From: the human T2T-CHM13v2.0 reference genome, Homo sapiens
NCBI RefSeq assembly: GCF_009914755.1
Contig: NC_060927.1
Strand: one strand, 5' to 3'
Length of the DNA stretch: 64,000 bases
The notes below the pieces were generated by a model. It made no database searches. It was not told where the DNA came from and was given only the letters and a program-made list of their open reading frames with translations. This document shows positions 1 through 16,729 of the stretch, one piece after another (within the stretch, counting starts at the first letter, position 1; each line of letters begins with the position of its first letter). The position numbers and the translations under genes are program-made.

Positions 1-125
1 AACTGAGAAAGTCACTTAACCTCTCTGAACCTTAACTTCGTCATCTATAAAGTGAATCTAACATTTTCCCCCCGGCCTACCTCACAGGGTTGTTGTGAGG
101 ATCAAATGAAATAATGTACATGAAA
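1..125 (+). mobile_element. MIR SINE fragment
   Basis: MIR core-like motifs aagtcacttaacctctctgaacct, tcatctataaa and acctcacagggttgttgtgaggatcaaatga. Confidence 0.8.
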
Positions 126-516
126 AGACATATATAAAATGTATAATACAGACAAAGGGTCCTGTTACACAGTTGGAAGTCATTCCCTCAGATTTTGGGC
201 CTAGGAAGGTAGGTGATTTAAACTCACTGAAAGCATGTACCATGTCCAGGTTGGATACATGGCAACAAGGCTATGTTAAATTTTTTTTCTCTGAGTTGAG
301 TCCCTAAAATACTATCATGGGCTAATTCTAAGAAGGAGCACGAATATATATTCCCCTAAAATTATAGCTTAGCATTGTCAATGCTTTAGAGCAGTTATGG
401 GAGTTATAGATTATAACATATTAGTGATTTGTGAAACTTTTTTACTAAAATGTGACCCTCATTTTTCTTTACATGAAAGAACATAGAATATTTCACAATG
501 CATCCCACGTGGTAAG

Positions 517-610
517 AATAAAAAATTGTTTTAGTTATATGTACAAATGTGTGTGTGTGAACGTGTGTGTACTTGGTCATTAAATAAAATGTACTTTTTT
601 TTTTCCTGTG
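517..610 (+). terminator. Candidate tandem polyadenylation signals (3' end of an upstream + strand transcript)
   Basis: AATAAA at 517-522 with a GT-rich tract at 548-570, and a second AATAAA at 583-588 with a T-rich tract. The preceding sequence is unique, AT-rich and UTR-like. Confidence 0.45.
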
Positions 611-611
611 A

Positions 612-1290
<679 letters not shown>

Positions 1291-2716
1291 TAATGCCTTC
1301 CTACACATTTGGATTCCTAGGAGACTCAGCATTTTTTTTCACTTTATGCTACTACTCGTGACAAAGAATTTAATATCAATTTGACTTATGGTGTAATTGA
1401 AATATTTTTTATTTTGTAGCACAGAGAAAGCCTATATGCCTTATGGATATTTAATATTTTAATATCTATTCTGATAATAGCATTTAAAAGGTTGCTTCAA
1501 CCTCTACTAGCAGAAGGATTGTGTCAAATATTTTGCTTTTTAATTTTTTTTTACTTGTATCTTTCTGGCCTAATGGCAAACAAAACCCTCCTTTTAGCAT
1601 TACTTGAGGACTAAGTAGAGAGAGGCTATCGAGAATGTAGTTAGCATGACTGGGAATTTGATGGTCTCTGGAAAAGAAAATGCCATTTCTTTTCTTTCTC
1701 TGAGTAACTAGGTTTATCTTTAGTTTAATGATTTAAGATAAATAAGTCACTGACATTAACTTGTTCAACTGTTACTCCTAAAAATAGATATCTCCCTCTT
1801 TGATGATAGCATTGGTTAGGTTAGCATAGGTGACTTTATTATAGTGTCCGTGAACAATAGGGCATGGTTGTGCTTTCCAATTCATTGATGAAGAACTAAT
1901 TTTTTAGTGCTTTAGTGTACTGAAATGCTGTCTTTAGTGCCCTGGAATTACTTATTTAAACTGTGATAGAAGGTTGTACAAGGTATTACTTTTCTCTGCT
2001 TATAAATTATATGAATGTACATAGTCCTAGCAATATGAATATTTATCAGAAGATGTATAATGTAGAATCCAACTGCCTCATTCTTCCTGAACAGCCATGG
2101 CCAAACTTCTTGCATTAATGGAGACAGAATGAATTGCAAAGGTTGTATAAATCGAGGCTGTTATGTTTATGACAATTGGCAGCTGTGGCATAAAAGGCTC
2201 ATTACTATATGTAATTGACATTTTGTTGTTCCTTCTTCCTCCACTCCTTTGCCAAAAAATGGCATTGGTATTACTACCTCTCCATGTAGGAAGTAGGATC
2301 TACCTATGAGAAAGTTCAAGAGAGTAGTTAAGCAACTTCAGCTATCCCTGACCTTCTTCCACAACCCTCATGAAACTAATCCATTGCAAAATTCTGTCTT
2401 TTCTACTTCCTAAATATCTTTCAAATTATTCACCTGTTTCCATGTCCATCCTTATTTATTTTATCATCTTCGCCTACATTTTTGCAATAACTCTTCAATG
2501 GTTTTTTGTATTTACTCCTCCCCCCTCTAATCTCATTGCTTTTAGACTGATTTTTAAAAATACAATTCTAATCTTTTTGGTCCTCCAATCTAAACTCTTA
2601 TTATCTTATTGCCCTTAGAATTCAGCCCCAAATCTTCAATCATTCTTTGTCTACTAAGCTCAAGCCATAATGGTCTTCCAATTCTCTGACAATGCCATTT
2701 TTTTTTCTTCAGGGTA

Positions 2717-3034
2717 TTTGTTGTTGTTTTTGTTGTTGTTGTTGTTGTTGTTTTTGAGACGGAGTTTTGCTCTGTCGCCCAGGCTGGAGTGCAGTGGTGC
2801 AATCTTGGCTCACTGCAACCTCCGCCTCCCAGGTTCAAGCAGTTCTCTGCCTCTGCCTCCCAAGTAGCTGGGATTATAGGCGCCCGCCACTATGCCTGGC
2901 TAATTTTTGTATTTTTAGTAGAGATGGGGTTTCACCATGTGGGCCAGGCTGGTCTTGAACTCCTGACCTCGTGATCCACCCACCTGGGCCTCCCAAAGTG
3001 CTGGGATTACAGGCGTAAGCCACAGCGCCCAGCC
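2717..3034 (-). mobile_element. AluS (Sc/Sg-like) with (TTG)n tail
   Basis: Full Alu with the gacctcgtgatcc variant and a microsatellite tail. Confidence 0.9.
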
Positions 3035-3492
3035 TTCTTTAGGGCTTTTGCAGAGCAGATACTTTCTGCTTGGAATGCCCTCCTCTCTCCTGTTCCTCTT
3101 CACATAACCCACTTCTACTCATACTACCAGTCTCACTTTAAATATTATTTTTTCCAAGAAGCCTTCCTCCATATCTCAGACTAGATTAGACCTCCCTTCT
3201 CTATCATTCTGTCATAAATCACCCATTTTTTTCTCACATCTAGCATAGTTGTAATTATTTCTCATATATAATCATTTATTAATAATCTTACAAGACAACC
3301 TTCAGGAGGGCAATGACTGGTGCATGTTTTATTACACTGTATGCCCAGTGTTTAGGAAATTTCCTGGCAAATAGTAGGGATTCAGTAAATATTTGTCAAC
3401 TGATTCTTCCCACAGCCACCACTCTTCACTTAGATATTTCAGTACTGTAAGTTCTGGGTTGTTTAACTTCCTCTGTTCAAAACCCTCCTCTT

Positions 3493-3796
<304 letters not shown>

Positions 3797-4971
3797 TCAG
3801 TTGCTTCTCATCTCACTCCAAGTATGAGCCCAAGTCCTTATAATGGTCTCCAGGGCCTTACCTGATATGCCTCTGCTCTCTCCTTACCTCTCTACCATCT
3901 ATTGGACTACCCAGCCCAGATCTCTTAGCTGATCCTTAGAAATGCCAAGCTTCCTTCTGCCTCAGGACCTTTGTACTTGATATTCCCTGTGCCTGGAATA
4001 CCCTTGCCTTAGATATCTATCTGGTTTAATCTCTCATCTTCTTTAGGCCCTTCAGGTTATGTGACCTCAGTGAGGCCCTCTTTGACCATCTTATTTAAAA
4101 TTGTAACCTCACTACATGGCATCCCTAGTCTTCTCTGCTTTACTGTTCTCCATTGTACTTATCTCTGATTGGCATTCTCTTCATAGGTATTTTCCCCAGT
4201 GTTGAGAACAGTGACTGACACATGGTGGGCCCTTAGAACTTATTTATTAGTTGAGTGAATTTAACCTGTACTCACAGAGATGCATATTTGGGACAATGAG
4301 ACCTGTAGCCCAAATTATGAGGACTTAATATTTCAAGATGATTTTACAAGATGAATTAATTAAATTTATTTATATCCTGCCTTGTTCTAAAAAATATTTT
4401 AAAATGCATATAGTATGTAGGATGGGGACATAAAGAGAATAAGACAAAGCAAATGTAATAGTATTAAAGTGGGTAAAGTTAATGTACAGAAGGTCCTGCA
4501 CAGTGGCTAAAGTCATGTTATAAATTTGACTTATTAGAGAGTTAGGTTGCTCAGAAATGATTGAACTGGAATCAAGAATTTGTTCTCTGGCACAGGTCAC
4601 AGATATTTGAGTCTTACATAGAAACCCAGAAAACCTATTTAACTATAAGACATTGTGCAGTTACTCTTCTAAAAAAAAACTTGCTTTCTGTATTAGGAAA
4701 TTTCCTATTGGCATAAAATGTACACAGTCTGTCCATTACAAAGGCTCTGCTACATTTGAGAGATGGTAGTCACAGCTACTACCTCTGCTTATGTCATGTC
4801 CAGGACATTCCCAAGGTTGATTTAAACCTAGTAATTGGATATTTTTGAAAGCTGTGAAAAATACCAACCAGCACATCAATTACCCCAGTTTCTCCTCCTC
4901 TAATCATGAGGTAGCATGAGAGTCCAGTGGTTGTGGCTTCCTTCCTTTTGAGGTAGATAATTGGCAACTTA

Positions 4972-5362
<391 letters not shown>

Positions 5363-5552
5363 TCAAGAAATTTTTCACCAATACAGTAACCAAAATAAGA
5401 GCTACTCTCTCTCTCTCTCTCTGTGTGCATACAATTAATAGATATTGTACAGTACATGTCTTTCTGTTCATGGTATGTATAGTTTCCTAATTCTGTCTTT
5501 TTTTTTTTTTGTCTTTTAAAACTGAGTCTGAGAATTATTGCCATGTCTGCAG

Positions 5553-5631
5553 GCCAGAGATAAAGCAGGGAACGTGGCGACGGACTACAGGCCTTTCAGT
5601 AAACTCTGCAGTACCTCACTAAACAAAGCTG
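5553..5631 (+). other. Weak candidate exon (possible alternative terminal or cassette exon)
   Basis: ctgcag| acceptor-like site with an upstream T tract, locally retained CpGs and G|GTATTT at 5631. One frame reads PEIKQGTWRRTTGLSVNSAVPH* (TAA 5620-5622). Confidence 0.2.
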
Positions 5632-6579
5632 GTATTTTTGAGGCAAAAGATAAGAATATTTAGCTAAATGGTGTTCCACTTGCAAAATGTGCTAGTTCTT
5701 ATTTGATTTTTTTCTTCTTTCTTAGAAAGCTTTCTCTTTTCTATCTTTTACTTAGAGATAAATATTACATTTGAAGTCACATCTGTCCCACACCATTTTT
5801 TTCAGGGTTGAAAGAGGAAAACTAAATGAACCATAGACTTAGGGAAATAATGGAAATATGTATGTTTTAAAAAAACCATTTATGTTCCACGTATTTCAAG
5901 GAAAGGAAATGAGGAGAAACATTAAGAACACCACAGAACCATTAAAATGGACAACTCAAAGGGAAAGTATTTTACCAAAAGCATTATGTATAACATGTTG
6001 CTGATTAAATTTGTGTTGTTATATTTAATGTGTAAGTATACATTATCCTAACTAATTTAAAATATGTTTATTGAATTTACTTTACATATTTTATTTATTT
6101 GATGGAACTTTATGTTCATTTTTTAAGAAGTCAAGTATCTCCTCATTTTGGCATTTGATGAGTAACGGGAGAAAACCTGAGAAGAGACAGAAGTAATGCA
6201 AAGGTCACCGTATCTTCCAGCATAAGTGATGTAGAAACAGAAAGATCTTATTTTCAGTCAAAGTGGTGAAGTGGCAGAAAGAAAATATCCCCCAACTGGT
6301 TTGCTGACACTAATTTTGCCATATAGTGAGGACAAAAAAAACATGTCTAGGCGTTTAACTCATTATCTCCTAAACTATGGTACACAGAATGTCTGACACA
6401 ACTGCAAGAGATTTTGTAAGCCAAAAGGGTTCTGTAATGACATGTTTGGAAAATGTTGCAGTCTTTTTTGAAAGTTTATAGTGTATCTTAACACGTTCCA
6501 AACGTGTAATCACAATTCTTTTTCGCTCATAAAATCTATTAATAACCCTTGGAATCATCTTTCAGGAAATGCTGAAAAT

Positions 6580-6957
6580 TTTGCTTCTGTTTAGGATGTA
6601 GAATGTTGCAAGAGAACATTGTTCCCATCATAACAATGAGAAAAATCTTGATAATCCACAAAGTCATGATGCTTCTTGAGCTCATCAGAGAGTTGAGGTC
6701 ACAAGGCAATCAGATGAACTGAAATTCCAAAGAGAGGCAAGCCCTTTTGAAGAGAGACAGGACACAGAAACTGTGTTACCTTTGGCAGAGCATAGGAGGA
6801 AGAGAAGGCACCGTAAAGGTAGGTAAGAAGAAAGCAGCTAAAACTGTAATGAATTCTTAAAGGCTGAATGTGGGCTAATGTAACATTTCAGAATAACGGG
6901 AAGCCCCAGTCACAAAAGGAGCCTGCACTCACTTGCAAGCTTTCTTCTGTGGGCCCT
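6580..6957 (+). mobile_element. Old L1M 5' region, part 1
   Basis: L1M 5'-like sequence that appears to resume at ~16730 after the nested insertions. Confidence 0.5.
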
Positions 6958-7075
6958 TGTGTTACTTTCCTAGGGCTGCCAGAATGAAGTACAGCAATGT
7001 GCTGTGTAACAACATTTCAGTCGATGACCCCATCTTCATATTGCTATCTTCTCTGTATGTCTGTCTGTTTTCTCT
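6958..7075 (-). mobile_element. MLT1 (MaLR) LTR, part 1
   Basis: tttcctagggctgcc...aagtacagcaa and catcttcatattgctatcttctctgtatgtctgtc; continues at 16547. Confidence 0.55.
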
Positions 7076-7084
7076 CTCTCTCTC

Positions 7085-7395
<311 letters not shown>

Positions 7396-7591
7396 CTCTC
7401 TCTCTCTTTTTAAAACAATTTTTAAAGATACAGTACAGTAGTGTTAACGGTATATATATTGTTGTGAAACAGATCTCTAGAACTTCTTCATCTTGCAAAA
7501 CTGAAACTCTGTACCCCTTGAATAACTCACCTTTTCTCTCTTCCCCATTCTACTAGTAGCACCATTCTACTTCCCATTTCTAAGAGTTTGA

Positions 7592-8343
<752 letters not shown>

Positions 8344-9541
8344 TAATATCCATTGTGTGAATATACCAAATTTTCTTTATTCATCTGTTGGTGGACATTT
8401 AGGTTGTTGGCTATTGTGACCAATACTGCAATGAACATGAGCGTGTGAATATCTCTTTGAAATCTTGTTTTGAATTCTTTTGGATATATACCCAGAAGTG
8501 GGATTGCTAGGTCATATGGTAATTCTATTTTTAATTTTTTGAGGAACTTCCCTACTGTTTTCCATAGCAGCTGCACTATTTTACATTCCCACCAACAGTG
8601 TACAGAGACTCCAAGTACTCTACATCCTTACCAACACTTATTATTTTTATTTATTTATTTATTTTTAATTAATTAATTTTTTAACAGTGGTCATCCTAAT
8701 AGGTATGAGGTGATACTATTCTGGTTTTAATTTCCCTTTCCCTGATGGTTATTGATGTTGAGGATCTTTTCATATGTTTGTCGGTCATTTGTATCTCTTC
8801 TTTGGAGAAATGTCTGTCAAGTTCTTTGCCCATTTTTAAATTGGATTTTTTTTTTTTTATTATTGAGTTGTAAGACTTCATTATATTAATATATTCTGGA
8901 TTTTTGTCAAGTTCTCTTGAGAAACTTTTTAAGGTTGCCTTTTCACTCTTAGATTATTTCCTTTGCTGCATGTAAGTTTGTAAGTTCGCTGTAGTCCCAT
9001 TTGTCTAATTTTTGCACTTGTTGCCTGTGCTTTTCATGTCAATATCCAAATAATAATTGCCAAACCCAATGTCATTAAGCTTTTCCCCTGTGTTATCTTC
9101 CAGGAGTGTTATAGTTTCAGGTCTTACAGTTAGGCCTATGATCCATTCTGAGTTCATCTTTGTAGTCAAATTTTATAGGACCTTTGTATGGCAAGGGTCC
9201 AACTTCATTCTTTTGCATGTGGACATCCAGTTTTCCCAATGCCATTTGTTGAAGAGACTGTCCTTTTCCCATTGTGTGACCTCAGCACCCTTGTCAAAGA
9301 TCATTTGACCATATACATGAGGGTTCATTTTGGGGCTATTCTGTTCCATTGGACAATATGTCTGTTTATGCCAGTACTATTCTGTTTTGATTACTAAAGT
9401 TTTGTAATATATGTTGAAGTCAGGAAGTTTGAGGCCTTCAGCTTTTTCTTCTTTCTCATATTTTTTAAGGCTATTCAGAGCCTTTTGAGATTTCATATGA
9501 ATTAAAAATTTTTGTTTTCTATTTCTGCAAAAATGTTGTTA

Positions 9542-9983
<442 letters not shown>

Positions 9984-12074
9984 TCACTCCATGAGTATGG
10001 GATGTCTTTTCATTTATTTGTGTCTTCTTTAATTTCTTTCAGCAATGTTTTATAGTTTTCAATGTACAAGTCTTTTCCCTCCTTCTTTACATTTATTCCT
10101 AATTATTTTATTCTTTTTGATGCTATTATAAATGGGTTTGTTTTCTTAGTTTCGTTTTTCAGATTGGTCATTGTTAGTGTATAGAAACACACTGATTTTT
10201 GTGTTTTGTATTCTGAATCATTGATTTTGTATTCTGCAACTTTGCTGAATTCATTAATTTTTTGTGGAATCTTTTGGTTTTTCTACATATATAATCAAGC
10301 CATCTGTGAACAGAGATAATTTTACTTCTTTCTTTCCAATTTACATGCCTTTTATTTCTTTTTCTTGTATAATTGCCCTGGCCAATACTTCCAATACTAT
10401 GTTGAGTAGAAGTGGTGAAGGTGGGCATCCTTCCCTTTTTCCTGATATTAAAGGGAAAGTTTTCAGTATTTCACCATGGAGTGTGACATTGGCTGTGGAC
10501 TTTTCATAAATGGCCTTTATTGTATTAAGATAATATCCTTCTATTTTTAGTTTGTTGGGTGTTTTTATCATGAAAGGAGATTGAAGTTTATCATGCTTTT
10601 TCTGAATCAGTTGAGACGGTCATATGGTTTTTGGCCTTCATTGTGTTAATGTGGTATATTATATTGATTGATTTCATATGTTAAGCCATCCTTGTGTTCC
10701 GAGAATAAATCCCACTTTATCATAATGTATAATCCCTTTAATATGCTGTTGAATTCTGTTTGCTAATATTTTGTTCAGGATTTTTACATCAGTGTTCATC
10801 AGGGATATCAGTCTGTAGTTTTCCTAGAGTATCATTGTCTGCTTTTAGTATCAGGGTAGTGGTAATTAGTTTGGAAGTGTTTTATCCTCTTCAATTTTTT
10901 GAAAGAGTTTGAGAAGGATCAGTGTTAATTCTTCTTTAAATGTGTGGTAGAATTGTCCATTGAAGGCATCTGGTCCTGGCTGTTTTTGTTGTTGTTGGGA
11001 GGTGTTTGATTACTGATTCACTCTCCTTACTAGTTACAGGTCTTTTCCAATTTTTTTTTTTTTATGATTCAGTCTTGGTAGGTTGTATGTTTCTAGAAAT
11101 CTATCATTTTTTCTATGTTATCCAATTTGTTTGCATATAATTATTCATAGTACTCTCTTACAATCCTTTTTATTTCTGTGGCATCAGTTGTAATGTCTTC
11201 TCTTTTGTTTTTAATTTTTGTTATTTGAATCTTCTCTATTTTTTACCTTAGTCTAGCTAAGGATTTGTCAATTTTGTTGCCTTTTTTAAAAAGACAAGTT
11301 CTTAGTTTTGCTGATTTCTTTCTATTATTTTTCTATCCTCTATTTTATTTATTTATGTTCTATTTTTTATTATTTCCTTCCTAATACTAATACTGGGTTT
11401 AGTTTATAATTTTTTTTTGGTTCCTTGAGGTGCAAAATTAGGTTGTTGATTTCAGATCTTTCTTCTTTTTTATTGTGTGTTTACCACTAATAACTTTCCC
11501 CCTTAGTACTACTTTTGATGCATCCCATACCTTTTGGTATGTTGTGCTTTTGTTTTCATTTGTCCTCAAGATATTTCCTAATTTTTTGTGATTTCTTGTT
11601 TGACCAATTAGTTATTGAGCATATTGTTTATTTTACACATATTTGTGAGTTTTCCAGTTTTCCTTTTGCTGTTGATTTCTCGTTTTGTTTCCTTGTGATT
11701 GGAAAAGATGCTTGGTATGGTTTCAGTCTTCTTAAATTTGTTAAGACTTGTCATGTGGCCTAACGTGTTATCTGTCCCAGAGGATGTTCCATATGCCCTT
11801 GAGAAGAATATGTGTTCTGCTGTTGTGGAGTAGAATATTCTGTACGTCTGTTAATACCAATTGGTCTGTAGGGTTGTATAAGTCATCTGTTCTCTTATTG
11901 ATTATCTGCCTGGTTGTTCTATCCATTATTAAAAGTGGGGCATTGAAATCTCCTACTATTATTGTGTTACCATCTGGTTTTTCTTTCAGTCTGTCAATGT
12001 TTCCTTTATATATTTGGGTGTTCTGCTGTTACAAATATAAATACATATTTATAATTGCTATTTCTTCCTAGTGA

Positions 12075-12461
<387 letters not shown>

Positions 12462-13267
12462 ACCCCTGTTCTCTTTTGGTTATCATTTGCATGGAATATC
12501 TTTTTCCATCCTTTCACTTTCAGTCTATGTGTGTTCTTATATCTAAAGTAAGTTTCTTATACATAGCTTATAGTTGGGTCTTTCTTTAAAATCCATTTTC
12601 TATGTCTTTTGATTGAGAGTTCTGTTTACATTTGAAGTAATTATTGTTAGGGAAGGACTTACTATTGCCATTTTAATATTTCTTTTCTATATGTCTCGTA
12701 GTTCTTTTGTACCTGTTTTCCTCTCTTGCTGCTTGCCTTTTTGTTCTGTTGACTTTTTGTAGAGAGAGACATGCTTTGACACCTTTCTCACTTTCTCTCG
12801 TGTATCTTCTAAAGGTATTTTCTTGGTGTTTACAATGGGGATTACATAAAACATCTTATAATTGTAACAATCTATTTTAAACTGATGTCAGCTTAATTTA
12901 AACCATGTACAAAAACTCTACTCCTTCACATATCCTCTACTTTATCAATCTCACAAATTATGTCTTTTATACTTTGTATCTAGTAATATAATTTCATAGT
13001 TATAGTTTTTTTATGCTTTTATCTTTTAAATTCTACATGGGAATTAAAAGTGATTTATGTGCCATCATTACAGTATTACATGATTCTGTATTTACCTGTG
13101 TATTTACCTTTACAGAGAGCTTTACGTGTTTATATGCTTTCAAGTTGTTATCTACTATCCTTTTATTTCAACCCGAGGGACTTCCTTTCGCATTTCTTGT
13201 AAGGCAGCTCTAGTGCTGAACTCCTTCAGCTTTTGATGATCTGGAAAGGTCTATTTTTTTCCTTCAT

Positions 13268-14455
13268 TAAAATTTTTGAAATTGTATATATTTATTTTTA
13301 TAATTTCAACTTTTATTTTAGATTTAGAGGATATATGTGCAGGTTTGTTACATGGGTATATTGCATGATGCTATGGTTTGGGATACAGTTGATCCTGTCA
13401 CCCAGGTAGTGAGCATAGTACCCAATAGTTAGTGTTTCAACTCTTGTCTCCCTTCCTCCCCTTCCTCTCCCGTCTGCTAGTCCCCAGTGTCTACTGTTGC
13501 CATCTTTATGTCTATGTGTACCCAATGTTTAGCTTCCACTTGTAAGTGAGAACATGTAGTATTTGGTTTTCTATCCTTGTGTTAATTCTCTTAGCATAAT
13601 GGCCTCAAGCTGCATTCATGTTGCTGCAAAGAACATGATTTCATCCTTTTTTTATGACTGCATAGCATTTCATGGTATACATATATCAAATTTTCTTTAT
13701 CCAATCCACCATTGATGGGCACCTAGGTTGATTTCATGTCTTTGATATTGTGAATAGTGCTGTGATGTACATGAGTGCATGTGTCTTTTTGGTATAACAA
13801 TTTATTTTCTTTTGGATGTATACCCAGAAATGGAATTGCTAGGTTGAATGGTAGTTCTGTTTTAAGTTCTTTGAGAAATCTCCAAACTGCTTTCCACAGT
13901 GGCTGAACTAATCAACATTCCCACCAACAGTGCATAAGTATTCTCTTTTCTCCACAGCCTTATTAGCATCTGTTGTCTTTTGACTTTTTTGTAATAGTCA
14001 TTCTGACTGGTGTGAGATGGTATCTCATTGTGGTTTTGATTTGCATTTCTCTGATGATTAGTGATGGTAAGCTTTTTTCATGTTTGTTGGGCTGCATGTA
14101 TGTCTTGTTTTGAGAAGTGTCTGTTCAAAGTTCCTTTGCACACTTTTAATGGGGTTATTTGACTTTTGCTTGTTGAATTCTTTAAGTTCCTTATAGATTC
14201 TGGATATTAGACCTTTTGGTGGTTGAATAGTTTGTGAATATTTTCTCCCATTCTGTAGGTTGTCTTTTTACTCTGTTGATAGTTTCATTTGCTGTACAGA
14301 AGCTCTTTAGTTTAATTAGGTTCCACTTGTCAATTTTTGTTTTTGTTGCAATTGGTTTTGAGGACTTAATAATACATGCTTTACCAAGGCTAATGTCCAG
14401 GATAGTGTTTCCTAGGTTTTCTTCTAGGATTATTACAGTTTGAGGTCTTATTTAA
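13268..14455 (-). mobile_element. 5'-truncated L1PB/L1PA16-class 3' end nested in the older L1
   Basis: aacttttattttagat...atgtgcaggtttgttacatgggtatattgcatgatgc. Host L1 resumes at 14457; tccttca occurs on both sides. Confidence 0.85.
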
Positions 14456-15053
14456 ACTCCTTCAGTTTTGAAGGACAGTTTTGCTGGCTACAGTATTTCT
14501 GATTGGCAGTTTTTTCTTTTAGCAGTTTGAATGTATCATACCACTCTCTCGTCTGCAGTGTTTCTCCTGAGAAATCCAATAATAATCTCATGCGAGTTCT
14601 CTTGTATGTGACAAGTCACTTTTCTCTTGCTGCTTTCAAGATTCTTTGTGTCTGGCTTTTGATAGTTCGGTTACAATGTGTCTCTGTGGGCCTCTTTGGA
14701 TTCATCCTAGTTGGAGTCCTTTCAGCTTGTTCAATTTAGATTTCCATTTCTTTCTTCATGTTTGGGACATTTTCAGCCATTATTTTTTCAAGTAACCTCT
14801 CTGTCCTTTTCTCTCTCTCTCTCCTTCTTTTGATAATCCAGTTAATGCATATATTGGTCAACTAGATGGTGTTCCATAAGTCCCTTAGGCATTCTTCACT
14901 TTTCTTCATTCTTTTTACTTTTTGTTGAATTATCAAGCAGGAGCTGGATAATTCTTAATGGGTTTGCTGATTTTGTCTTCTGTTTGATCAAGTTTGCTGT
15001 TGAATCTGCTTAGTGTAATTTTTAATTCAGTTTTATATTCTTCAGCTCTATAA

Positions 15054-15372
<319 letters not shown>

Positions 15373-16546
15373 TTTAAAATAGTTTTTATCTCTTTGTTGG
15401 TATTTTCATTTTGTTCATGTATCATTTTCCTGACTTCCTTTATTTGTCTATCTGTCCTCTTGTAGTGCATTGAGTTTCTTTAAGACAACTATTTTGAGTT
15501 CTTTGTCTGGTGATTCATAGACTTTCATTTCTTTGGGGTCTTTTTTTTTTTTTTTTTTTTTTTGAGACTTACTTTGTTCCCTTGGTCGGGCCCTTATTTC
15601 TTTGTATTCTTGATTATTTTTTGCTGGGATTTGCACATTTTTAAAAAACAGCCACGCTCCCAGTCTTCTGGACTGGCTTCATACAGGGAGGAAGAGATGT
15701 TAAGACTCTCTTTAGCCCAGCTATAGAGTCTTAGGGCCTCTCAAACCTTTAATGGGGTTGTATCTCCTCTGAACTGTGCCTGTAATTTCCCAATTACAGA
15801 AGTTTGCTGGTTTCTTTTTTAGGCACTTGCTCCCTCTGGTGTCTTTCCATGGTACTGCTGGTTTTCTGGTGTTCCTACAAGCTGCCTAGGTCTCTTTTGT
15901 TCTCAGCAGTTCCCAGGCATGCAAAAGTTGCCAGTTCTGTCAGCATTCCAAGTCAGGTAAGACAGAAAGCCATCTCTTAGGCAGTCCCCAGAAAAGCTGA
16001 AAGGTTGGATATACTTTCTACTCTTCTCTTTTCTTCATGAGAGAAAGGCCATGAGTTGGGCATTTTCTCCCAATAACACTGAGTTCTGTTGTCTTCTGTC
16101 GGCTGTGCTGCAGGTTCTCAGGTGCTGCAGTTAGCTGCTGAACTCTCCGCTGTTCTCAGTGGACCCCAAGCATCCAAAGTATTCTGGTTCTGTCAGTGTT
16201 CCACATCAAGCTGGACAGTAACCATTCCCTTGGGCACTTCCCTAAAAAGCTAGAACTTTGGATGCACATTCTATCCTTTTCTTTCCCTTCTGATGAGAAG
16301 ATGCAAGTTTGGCATTTACTTGCAATTATGTAGGGCTGGACTGGCTTGGGGAAGGCCTATTATGGGTGAAATGCATTAGCTTTTCTTGCCTGTTTCAATG
16401 TGGCTGTTCTTGGCTTTGAGCTTGCCTGGGATACTGTGACTTTTTAACTGGTTTCTGGAGTTCTCATAAAGTCTTTTTGGGCCATATGTTGTTGTTAAGT
16501 CAGTATCTCTGTGGGGGAATGAGGTCTGGGGATTCCTATTCCACCG

Positions 16547-16728
16547 TGTTTTCTCTTCTTATAAGGATGCCAGTCATGTTGGATTAGGGCCGCACACTAT
16601 TCCAGTGTGATCTCATCTTAACTTGATTATATCTGCAAAGAGCCTATTTCCAAATAAGGTCACATTCACAGGTGCCAGGGGTTAGGGCTTTAACTTATCT
16701 TTTAGGGGTACATAACTGAACCTACAAT
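16547..16728 (-). mobile_element. MLT1 (MLT1C-like) LTR, part 2
   Basis: tcttataaggatgccagtcatgttggattagggcc...tctgcaaagagcctatttccaaataaggtcacattcacaggtgccaggggttagg. Confidence 0.8.
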
Positions 16729-16729
16729 A

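Noticed and set aside
240-262. Small hairpin ccatgt-cca...tgg-at-acatgg in UTR-like sequence
   Set aside because: Short, bulged and matches no cis-element I recognise
1778-1787. Perfect MEF2 motif CTAAAAATAG
   Set aside because: Expected by chance in AT-rich DNA; its reverse complement also occurs inside the L1 at 10541
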